Below, in pieces: positions 12,199 through 22,375 of a DNA stretch of 64,000 nucleotides. Source of the DNA: Azolla caroliniana (Eukaryota > Plantae > Polypodiophyta). Each line of letters opens with the position of its first letter. The stretch's first letter is position 1. A program made the position numbers and the translations under genes. The notes under the pieces are model-generated. The model was not told where the DNA came from, made no database searches, and was given only the letters and a program-made list of their open reading frames with translations. The DNA lies in contig JBHGNT010000010.1 in NCBI GenBank assembly GCA_043228905.1, positions 11,160,001 through 11,224,000 of the forward strand. Reading direction: 5' to 3'.

Positions 12199-14849
12199 CG
12201 CCCCCTCAAGCTCAACTCGGGTTGGTTCTTTTCGATTGATGTCCGCTTCGGTTGGTATCCGGTTCGGACGATCTCCGGTGTCCGCTTCGGCTCGTACCCG
12301 GTTCTCGCTTGTACTCCCCCTCAAGCTTGGCAAGTCAGGGATCGTCAATCCAAGGTCTAACATGAATTGTTGCAGCTTGTCGGCTCCTAATGCATTGGTG
12401 AAGATGTCGGTTGTCTGAAGATTCATGTTGATGTGTTGAAGGTCGATATCTCCGGCTTGTACGCGCTCTCGAATGAAATGATAGTGCACTTCGATGTGCT
12501 TTGTGCGCGCGTGGAACACCGGGTTTCGAGCCAGTTATATATTGCTCATATTGTTGTAGTAAATGGGAGTCGGATCCTTGATGGGGACGCTCAAATCCTT
12601 CAAAATCCTCTTGAGCCATATGACTTCATATGCAGCTACGGTTGCACCCGTGTATTAGGCCTCCATACTCGAAAGTGCGACAGTAGGCTGCTTCTTACTA
12701 CTCCAAGATATTGCTCCGCTACCGAGCGAGAAGACAAATCCGGAGGTCGATCGTCGATTAGCTTTGTAGCCTGCCCAATCCGCGTCGGTGTACCCTTCCA
12801 GTCGTATTGGTGTGGCCGATGCGTAGAGAACACTGTAATCCATTGTGCCACTCACGTAGCGTAATACTCGCTTAGCGCAATCCAAGTGAATGTCGCGTGG
12901 ATTTTTCATGAATTGGTTGAGGAGTCCAACTGGATAGCTAAGGTCGGGTCGAGTGATCGTGAGATGGATGAGGCTCCCGATCAGTTGACGATATTGGGTC
13001 GGCTCGCACTCGTCTGTGCCGGAGTCAACATCTAGTTTGAGGTTTTGATCGAGAGGGCGTAGCGACTGATTTGCACTCAATCATCGGGAACTTGTATAAC
13101 AAGTTGAGAATGTAGTGCCGTTGAGAGATCATAATGCCGGCCGGAATCCGAATTACTTCAATGCCAAGGAAGTAATGGAGCTCCTTCATGTCCGTCATCT
13201 CGAATTTTTTGGAGAGGAGGAACTTCACCTTGTTGATTTCGACTAAATGCTCAACTCCAATAACCAGATCATCCACGTAGAGGATGATGACAATTAGACT
13301 TCTAGAGTCGTGGCGTACGTAGAGAGAGTTGTTGGATTTTGACATTCGAAATCTGATTTGATGAAGATATTGCATAATCTTCGAATGCCAAGCACGCGGT
13401 GCTTGCTTGAGGCCGTAGAGAGGCTTCTTGAGTTAGCATATGACTTTGGATGAATGCGTGATTCGAAGCCAGGTGGTTGTACCATGTACACCTCATTTAA
13501 TTCTCCTTGAAGAAAGGCGTTCTTGACGTCCATTTGGTGGAGGTGCCATCCTTTTGCCGCTGCAAGTGCGATCATAGTCTCTTCATAGTCGACTCCATGT
13601 GTTTGTGCATATCCTTTCGCTATGAGTTGAGCTTTGTAGCGGTTGACAGAGCTGTCGACATTATACTTCACCTTGTAGATCCATCTGCAACCAATTGCCT
13701 TCGTGTGGTGAGTGGAGAACAAGATCTCATGTCTCGTTCTTGCGTAATGCACGCATCTCCTCATTCATTGCTTCGATCCATCGCGGCTTCGGAAAAGGTT
13801 TCTGGCTCCCGTACTATTCTAACCTTCATCATAAAAGCGTAATGGTATGCCATATACTCATCGTAGCCAAAGCGGCTTACGGGGTTCTTTTCACGGGTGG
13901 ATCGGCGTAGCTTCTCGTTTGCGGATTCTAAGGCTTTCTTCACTCCATTTGTCCGGATGTCAAGGCCTTCGAACTCACTATCGAGGGAGTGAGTCGATTC
14001 GTTGCCATCGAAATGAGTGTCTTCATACTCCGGCATTTTGGCCTTCCCTTTGTCCAACTTCAGACTTGGTCGAGATGTGCTTGGATCGCTCAAAGGCTCG
14101 TGTGGTCCGCTCAGTTGGGTGTGAACAGACTTTCTTTGAACATGCATGTAAGGTGATCTTCATCCTCTATCTCTTGTTCAGAGGATTTCGGGTCGAGCGG
14201 AATCGGAGTCGAAGTTGTCTCTGGTGCGTACCAAGATGCGGACTCGTCAAAAACGACGTCTCCACTTACTCGAGATTTTGTAACACTTGTACCCTTGTAC
14301 CCTTTTTGCTCCAGTGAGTATCCTATGAGGATACATTTCTCCGAATTCGGGTCAAGCTTTTGACGCTTCTCGTCGGGGACGTGCACGTATGCAATGGAGC
14401 CGAATATCCGAACATGCGATAGGTCCGCCTTCTTTCCGAAGAACTTCTCATGCGGAGTAAATTCGTGCACACCCGACGTCGTACACCGATTCATGAGATA
14501 GACGGCCGTGTGAGCTACTTCCGCCCAATACGATTTCAGCATGTGCTTTTCGTTAAGCATAGCCCGTGTCACTTCGAGGATGTGCCGATTCTTGCATTCA
14601 GCCACTCCATTTTGTTGTGGCGTATGTCGACACAAAAACTCTCGCCGTATTCCTTCTTTCCGTAGAAACGCCAAAAATTCGTCGGAGAAGTACTCCTTGC
14701 CTCCATCCGACCGAAGACATCGTACATGTCAGCCCGTGGCTTTCTCGACTTCATTCTGAAATTTTTGGAAGTGTCCGAACAATTCGTTCTTTTGTCGCAT
14801 CAGGTAAATCCAAGTGTGCCTAGAGAAGTCGTCGATGAAGGTCACGTAG
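11760..14849 (-). mobile_element. Ty1/copia A2 (same family as A1), 5'-truncated
   Basis: 3' LTR 11760-12198, PPT 12199-12213, INT-RT-RH fragments 12193-14849; broken in integrase by the Tcn1 element. Confidence 0.92.
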
Positions 14850-14871
14850 TGTCATGAACACATGACCATTA

Positions 14872-14940
14872 TGGCGTCACCCGGACTTGAACCTCGGACC
14901 TTGTAATCCATACTTGAAAACCTCAACCATTAAGATAGCT
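14872..14940 (-). ncRNA. tRNA-like Pol III A/B-box cassette in U3 (also 20897-20965 and, on +, 51645-51711)
   Basis: Reverse complement is AGC-TATCTTAATGG-...-GGTTCAAGTCC-GGGTGACGCCA; A-to-B spacing is 44 nt. Confidence 0.5.
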
Positions 14941-15007
14941 TATTGTTATATGAAATAATAAAAGCTACTTCTTGTATTACATTGATTATTGTAAAACCTC
15001 TAGATTA

Positions 15008-15071
15008 TTCTAGAATGTTCTAGAATGTCCTAGAGCATTCTAGGTCTAGAACATTCTAGAACATTCTAGAA
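15008..15071 (+). promoter_or_regulatory. Heat-shock element array upstream of LTR TATA
   Basis: TTC-ta-GAA-tg-TTC-ta-GAA (15008-15025) and GAA-ca-TTC-ta-GAA-ca-TTC-ta-GAA (15049-15071); TATA at 15097. Confidence 0.75.
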
Positions 15072-15295
15072 ATCTCTAAGCTATTCTATAGGAACCTATA
15101 AATAAGGGCATACATGTATTCTAAAATCAATTCGAATCAACACCAGTCTTTAGCTGTCATTACATATCTTGTATCCATTCTCTTTCTTTCTCTATCTTAT
15201 ACATCCATTCTTCTCTTAGTATTTCATTCCTTTCTTCTCGTGTTCTCTAATATCCTTCTTACATCGCTCTATCATTTATCCTTGGTTCTTACAGT

Positions 15296-15302
15296 TTGAT
15301 TC

Positions 15303-15307
<5 letters not shown>
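15296..15307 (+). promoter_or_regulatory. Self-priming PBS
   Basis: TTGATTCGAATT is the exact reverse complement of AATTCGAATCAA (15129-15140), which lies 32 nt after the TATA start. Confidence 0.8.

Positions 15308-15352
<45 letters not shown>
15307..15352. repeat. (TC)n microsatellite in Tcn1 5' UTR
   Basis: Direct reading. Confidence 0.95.
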
Positions 15353-15356
<4 letters not shown>

Positions 15357-15381
15357 CCTCCTTTGTAACCATCCTGAAACC

Positions 15382-16545
15382 ATGGCTGCCATTAACTCAG
15401 AACAATATCTCACCCTTGTTGCAGAAATGGAGAACCTTAAATCCAAGTTCGCATCTCTTGAAGTAGAGAATCAACGTCTACTTGGGGATCTACAAAAGGT
15501 TACTATAGAGAAGCAACAACAACAAGAGGAGTTCACGCGACGAGTGCAACAGTTAGAGTTGACAATCATAGTGTTACAACAACAAAGGGTTGAAGGTCAA
15601 GGACTTATCAAGGAGCCCAAAATTAGCCTCCCAGCTAAATTTGATAGGTCGAGGGCGCATTTCCGAGGTTTCTTGAATCAAGTACGATTGGTGATTCAAA
15701 TGCATCCTGCGCGTTATCCAACAAATGCATCACGAGTCGGGCTAGTGGGCACCTTATTGACTGGCATAGCGTTGTCGTGGTTTGCTCCATTGCTAGAGAC
15801 CAATTCTCCTCTATTGAATAATTTCGAGGAATTTATCAAGGAATTTAAGGCTTGTTTCAGAGATACTGATGGGGCGAGAACAGCTATCAACAAGATTCGT
15901 ACACTTCGTCAAGGTGATCAACCAGCTTCGACATATGCTGCCAATTTCCGTCTCATCGCAAGAGATATTCCTTGGGATGAACAAGCCCTAATGGAGCAAT
16001 TCCGTTCAGGCCTTCGTAGTGATGTCAAAGACTTACTTCTTACCTTCCCCGAGGATCCAAGGTCACTTACAGAAGCTATTAGTCGAGCAATACGGTGTGA
16101 TAATCTCCTTTTTGAGCTTCGATGTGAGCGACAACAACAAATAACAAGATCAAGATTCACACCAACTTATGCATCAGTAACGGCGCAATCATCCCCAAGG
16201 CAAATGTATAGCCCTGCTCCATCTCCAAGGCAAACACGTAGTCCAGTCCCAATGGATAGTCCTGCACCCATGGAGATCGATATGACTCAACGACGAGGAC
16301 CGTTGTCAGACGAAGAGAAGCAACGTCGTCGAGCAAACCTCCTATGCTTATATTGTGGAGGTCTAGGACATATAGCCATTCATTGCTCCCGTAGGCCGAG
16401 ACGTCAGGTAAATCAAATTCACTATGAAAATAAAAATGAGTCCAACATTTTAGAAGTAGTTAGTGAATCTAATATTATGAATAATCCACCCTTGTCCAAT
16501 AAATTTGAAGTCCTAAGACAATTAGAAGAGGAGTCAAACGAATAA
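15382..16545 (+). CDS. gag: Tcn1-like Gag (coiled coil, retrotransposon gag domain, CCHC knuckle)
   Basis: Open 387-aa ORF; PMEID...CLYCGGLGHIAIHC; PEG10/sushi-like. Confidence 0.88.
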   Translation: MAAINSEQYLTLVAEMENLKSKFASLEVENQRLLGDLQKVTIEKQQQQEEFTRRVQQLELTIIVLQQQRVEGQGLIKEPKISLPAKFDRSRAHFRGFLNQVRLVIQMHPARYPTNASRVGLVGTLLTGIALSWFAPLLETNSPLLNNFEEFIKEFKACFRDTDGARTAINKIRTLRQGDQPASTYAANFRLIARDIPWDEQALMEQFRSGLRSDVKDLLLTFPEDPRSLTEAISRAIRCDNLLFELRCERQQQITRSRFTPTYASVTAQSSPRQMYSPAPSPRQTRSPVPMDSPAPMEIDMTQRRGPLSDEEKQRRRANLLCLYCGGLGHIAIHCSRRPRRQVNQIHYENKNESNILEVVSESNIMNNPPLSNKFEVLRQLEEESNE

Positions 16546-19500
16546 TTCCGGCCAAAATAGGAGCCATTTGGTTGGACAACCCTAGATATGTACAACCTAG
16601 TGTGGGTTCCATTTCTTCCAAGCATGTCAATAGAGTCTTCTCAGCCCTAGTACAAGTTAGGACACCCAGTTGTCAACTTCAAGTCCAAGCCCTCTTAGAT
16701 ACTGGAGCCAATTCTTGTTTCATGGATAGAGATTTTGCCCAAAAACACCAAATATCCTTGCATACACTTCCTTGTCCAGTTTCCGTAGTAGTGATTGATG
16801 GACGCCCCATAGCTTCCGGGAAGATATTTGAAGAGTCTGAGCCAATACACATACTCTTGGGTGATTTAGGATGTGTAGTTTCCTTTAACATAATCCGTAG
16901 TCCTGAGCATCCAATTATCCTCGGTTTGCCATGGTTCGAGCTACATAACCCTAGAATCGATTGGAGGAAGTGAGAAATTAGGTGCCCTTTAGTGGAAAAT
17001 ATCATTGTCAAGGATCGAACTCGGGATTATCCTCCTAAAGTATATAGTTCTACTGATGCACCATATCCTTCTCATCAAATTTCAGCCATCACATTGCAAC
17101 AATTGTGCCAAGTGGGAGGCAAGGAGGAGCTTTTCTTATTCGCAGTATCAGTGACACCTTCTAGTGTCACTCAAGGGAATTCAGACATCCAAATTCCCAA
17201 AAAATATCAAGACTATGCTAATGTTTTCGACAAAGTCAAAGCTAGTGTTCTTCCAAAGCATCGGTCGTACGACTGTCCTATTGATCTCCAACCAGGAAAA
17301 GAGCCACCGTGGGGTCCGATTTACAATTTATCACCCACTGAGCTTGAGGTTCTTCAAGAATACATCGAGGAAAATCTTGCACATGGGTTTATTCTACATT
17401 CAAAGTCTCCAGCTGGTGCTCCTATCTTTTTTGTGAAGAAAAAGGACGGCTCCCTTTGTTTGGTCGTGGACTATCGGGGCTTAAATAAAGTCACCATAAG
17501 GAATAGGTATGCTTTACCTTTAATCTCCAATCTCTTAGAACACATTGGTGGGGCAAAGCATTTTACCAAAATTGATCTAAGGGGTGCATATAATCTTGTT
17601 CGAATTCGGCCGGGAGATGAGTGGAAAACAACATTTCGTACTCGGTATGGTCATTTCGAGTATACAGTCATGCCTTTTGGGCTCACAAATGCACCTGCAG
17701 TATTCCAACATATGGCAAATGACATCTTCCGGGATTTCTTGGATATTTTCCTAATCATCTACCTAGATGATCTATTGATTTACTCTAAAACACAGGGGGA
17801 GCATGATATACATGTGCGGCAAGTACTTGAACGCCTAAGGAAGTATGGTCTTTATGCCAAACTTGAGAAATGCAGTTTTGATTGCAAACAAGTCGAATTT
17901 TTGGGATACACTATTTCATCCTAGGGTGTTTTCATGGACCCAGCAAAAGTCCAAACAATATTGGAATGGAAACCCCCATGCTCAGTTCGGGATGTCCAGT
18001 GTTTCCTCGGATTTGCGAACTTCTATCGCAAATTCATACATAATTATTCAAGCATTGTGTTGCCCCTTAACTCACGAAGAAAAATCAAGCACTTTTTTGG
18101 AGTATCGAAGCGGACAAGGCTTTTACGCAGCTGAAAGAGGCATTCACATCAGCACCCATCCTAGCACATATTGATCCTGAAAAGCCATTTACTATTGAGG
18201 CAGATGCATCGGACTTTGCATTGGGGAGTATCCTATCGCAACCAGGCGAGGACGGGCAGACACATCCAGTCGCATTTCACTCGAGAAAATTTACTGTTTC
18301 GGAGATAAACTATGAGGTGCATGACAAGGAGTTACTAGCTGTGGTCGACTCATTCGAGCAATGGTGTCATTTTCTAGAAGGATCACCTCATCAGATTATC
18401 ATTTATAGTGATCACAAAAATCTCACATATTTTCAAATGGCTCGAGTATTAAATAGACACCAAGCTCGGTGGGCCCAATTTATAACGCTTTTCGATTTCA
18501 AGATCATTTTTCGCCCCGGAAAACAACAAGGGAAAGCAGATGCTTTGTCTCGGGGTTCGTATCTAGCACTTCGACCTGGAGATCCGGCCTTTGACAATCA
18601 AAAGCAAATTCTCCTCGGGCCATCAAAGCTACAGGTAACAACAATTTATGCCACGCCACTTGATTCTACCCTTCTTGACACTATTCGGCAACAACTTCAT
18701 TCAGATGATTTCGCTAAGGATGTCTTAGCCCACTGTGGTTCAAGTCGTCCATCTTGCTCCACATTGCCAGGGTCATCTCAACATTATCAGGACTTCAAGT
18801 GGCAAGATAGCTTACTCTTCTACAAGAATCTCCTTTATGTCCCCGACGGATCACCCCGACTTCAAGTGTTGGAACATTGTCATGATGCCCCCATGGCTGG
18901 ACATTTTGGTATTTCCAAGACCATTGAGCTGGTGAAACGTTCATTTTGGTGGCCTCACTTGCAAAAATTTGTCGAAGATTATGTTCGCACTTGTGACACT
19001 TGTTGTCGCGCCAAAATACCTCGGCATCACCCTTATGGCTTACTACAACCATTAACCCCTCCCAACAAGCCATGGCAGTCTATTTCTATGGATTTCATTA
19101 TGGATCTGCCACCTTCCAAAGGCTTTGATACTATTTTAACAGCAATGGATCGGTTCACCAAGATGGCACATTTTGTACCATGTGTAAAGACCATCAATAA
19201 TGAAGAAACTGCAGATCTCATTATGCGTGAAGTGTTTCGCCATCATGGTCTCCCGAATGATATTATTAGCGATCGAGGTCCTCAATTTATCTCACACTTT
19301 TGGAAGCACCTATGGGCAGGCCTCAAAATCTCTTGCAGACTCTCTTCGGCTTATCATCCCCAAACTGACGGACAAACAGAGCGCACAAATCAAACGCTCG
19401 AGCAATATCTTCGATGTTTCATTAGTTATCAACAAGATGATTGGAGTAATATTTTACATCTTGCTGAGTTTGCATACAACAACACGGTCCACTCTTCTAC

Positions 19501-20890
19501 CAAAGTTACACCTTTCTTTGCCTAAACTGGCAACCACCCTCGATGGTGTTGGGAGACAGGTCCCACCGAATGGGAAGGGAGAAGAACAGTGCCGACGAAC
19601 AAACAGTGCCGGTCGGATCGACACTTCCGGCAAACTGCAAGCTGTCCGGTAAGCAAAGCCCGAAGACGAAAGCAGAGAAGGTGGATATGATGAAGATTCC
19701 ATATGCCTCTACTGTCGGGAGCTTGATGTACGCAATGGTTTGTACCCGACCGGACATAGGATACGCAGTCGGAGTGGTGAGCCGGTTTATGAGCAATCCC
19801 GGCAAGGAGCACTGGAACGCGGTCAAATGGATACTCCGGTATTTGAAGGGCACTTCAAATATGTGTCTCCGATTCGGCTCCGGAAAACCTCAACTGGACG
19901 GTTTCACTGATTCGGACATGTCAGCTAATGTGGATACCAGCCGGTCTACATCCGGGTATGTAATGACATATGCAGGGGGAGCTGTTTCGTGGCAGTCGAG
20001 GCTGCAGAAGACGGTTGCATTGTCAACCACGGAGGCGGAGTACATGGCGGCTGTGGAAGCTGGCAAGGAAATATTATGGATGAAGGACTTCATCAGAGAG
20101 CTCGATATCCGGCAAGAGGAATACCGACTCTATATCCTCTCCTTTGTGTCGTGTTTTATTTCCCGCTTTCTGTGTATCACTCTACACTCGGTTGTGGCCG
20201 AGCGTCGCGCATAAAGATCGTTGGGTTCCCGTCAGATGGTGTATACTGGATCTTCCCGAGGTGTCACGAAACCCTAGTGCAGCGCATCACCTCCACCGAC
20301 TACAACAAATCCAGTTCGAGTTATCGTCACACCTTCAGAAAGCGCAAGCACACCATAAGACCAATGCCGATCGACATCGTCTTAAGTCTCCATTTAAGCT
20401 TGGTGACCGTGTATGGTTGCTTCGTCGTCACATCAGGACTACCCGACCGTGTGCTAAGCTTGACTATCAACGCTTAGGTCCTTTTGTCATCATGACGCAG
20501 ATTAATGATGCAACATTTCGTCTTAACCTTCCTGCACATATGCGGCTTCACCATGTCTTTCATAGCTCTCTTTTGGAACCTTGCCGCACCTCTTTAATTC
20601 CTAATCGTATCGTGCCACCACCGCCTTCTGTACAACTTGTGGACGGCCCTGAATACGAGGTAGCTGCTATTCTCGATTCTAAGATTGTGTGCAATAAGCT
20701 TTATTATCTAGTTGATTGGCTTGGCTATCCTCCGAGTGATCACACTTGGGAACCCATTCATAAGGTTTGTAATGCTGAAGCTCTAGTCAACGAAATCCAT
20801 CGTCACTATCCAAACAAGCCCAGCCCAACAATGTTAACACCGACTTGCACTCAGCATTCTCGAAGGAGGGATAGTGTCATGAACACATGA
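16536..20890 (+). pseudogene. pol: Tcn1-like pol (PR-RT-RH-INT-chromodomain), with stops, a frameshift and an insertion
   Basis: ORF pieces 16572-16973, 16992-17924, 17934-18134, 18221-19525 and 20240-20890; begins in the -1 frame relative to gag. Confidence 0.92.
19547..20234 (+). mobile_element. 688-bp internally deleted copia derivative (related to the 42636 family)
   Basis: TGTTGGGA...CCGTCA flanked by a perfect TSD gatgg; LTR start + RT/RH fragment + U5 end. Confidence 0.9.
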
Positions 20891-21317
20891 CCATTATGGC
20901 GTCACCCAGACTTGAACCTCGAACCTTGTAATCCATTCTTGAAAACCTCAACCATTAAGATAGCTTATTGTTATATGAAATAATAAAAGCTACTTCTTGT
21001 ATTACATTGATTATTGTAAAACCTCTAGATTATTCTAGAATGTTCTAGAATGTCCTAGAGCATTCTAGGTCTAGAACATTCTAGAACATTCTAGAAATCT
21101 CTAAGCTATTCTATAGGAACCTATAAATAAGGGCATACATGTATTCTCAAATCAATTCGAATCAACACCAGTCTTTAGCTCTCATTACATATCTTGTATC
21201 CATTCTCTTTCTTTCTCTATCTTATATATCCATTCTTCTCTTAGTATTTCTTCCTTTCTTCTCGTGTTCTCTAATATCCTTCTTACATCACTCTGACATT
21301 TATCCTTGGTTCTGACA
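20875..21317 (+). repeat. 3' LTR (Tcn1-like)
   Basis: Direct repeat of 14850-15293. Confidence 0.95.
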
Positions 21318-21414
21318 GTTCTGACAGTCTGACATCACTCTAGCATGGTACGAGGAGCACCTCGTGTAGGAATGGGAACTGAAGCATTAGGTAGAAGTCC
21401 GCCTGAACAATGAA

Positions 21415-22260
21415 ATGGGCTGGCTCGAGGATCTACACTTGAAAGAATCCCAGATATGGACAAAGATGAAGAACCTCTATGAGGAGGCGGCTACGGCCAA
21501 TAAGCGTAAAATAGAACACCTCAAGAAATCCCTGGACGAAGCACAAACCCGTTCCCAAACAATAACAGACAATGTACGTGTCCTTCTTCAAACAAATGAT
21601 GAGCGGTTTGTGGCACAGTTGAAAGCGGCATTGGACAAAGGATGGATGGCGTGGGCAATGCAAGCGGCAAAATTGCACACCTACCGGGCGGACTGGGAGA
21701 ATTGACGAAAAGAAGGCAGAGGCTTCTACAAGCCCAATGAGGAAAGCATTGCGGTAGTACGCAAGGACCTCACGTAGGACTATCGCACGCTAGCGGACCA
21801 ACAGTCCAAAGAACTCACGCAAATATTGGAAGATTTCGGGGAAAGTCAAGAAGACAGTTTCCGCCGGCTAATGGAGAGGACGGAGACAAATGCGGTACCA
21901 GACAGTGATTCCGCCAAACAAGATGAGCCACAACCCAATTCGAACAACCCACCAGAGGTGTCCACTACGCCTGTCAACGCTACGGAAGAAATGGACAGGG
22001 AAGAGCCCCGTCTCACCGCTTGCCCACAAACCGAAGAGCACATGCCAGAACCTCGGAGGAATGATCTGGACATCGAACCAACTGAGCCAGCCTTGATCAC
22101 GCGGAGTAAAGATGACAACATGGGAACTCACACACCGGCCGAACATGGTGAAGTAGACGACACACAATTGGAGGAGCCGGTCGAGCAGAACAACGAAGCA
22201 CCTACGGACTTCATGCCGCTTCCGGACCAAGCCGAACATCCTGGACATTTTGAACAATGA
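21415..22260 (+). pseudogene. Extra 3' ORF of the unclassified element (coiled-coil + acidic tail), two in-frame stops
   Basis: ORFs 21415-21705 and 21826-22260 are in the same frame; no recognised domain. Confidence 0.5.
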
Positions 22261-22375
22261 GTAGAGGGACGGGTCTGACGTGCCATGGCACTGTCCCACA
22301 GGCGTGCCAAGTGTTGTTCGCCAGACCTAACGCTTAGATGAGTAGAATATAGTATTAGAATCGTTAAAGAAACAC

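Larger units (their letters stand above)
14850..15293 (+). repeat. 5' LTR (Tcn1-like)
   Basis: TGTCATGAAC...GGTTCTTACA; near-identical to 20875-21317. Confidence 0.95.
14850..21317 (+). mobile_element. Tcn1-like chromovirus (Ty3/gypsy), full-length, degenerate pol
   Basis: LTRs 14850-15293 and 20875-21317; gag, PR (ALLDTGA), RT (YLDD), RH, INT (HHCC, GPF) and chromodomain (EYEVAAILDS..YYLVDWLGY..HTWEP); PPT GAAGGAGGGATAG 20862-20874; self-complementary PBS. Confidence 0.95.

Noticed and set aside
19543-20890. Copia RT/RH ORF apparently fused to a gypsy chromodomain
   Set aside because: Explained by the TSD-flanked 688-bp insertion, not a chimeric gene.
22261-22305. Twister ribozyme resemblance (GAGGG ... 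GTCCCA)
   Set aside because: Lacks the UAA cleavage context and the AAGC loop; resemblance is partial only.
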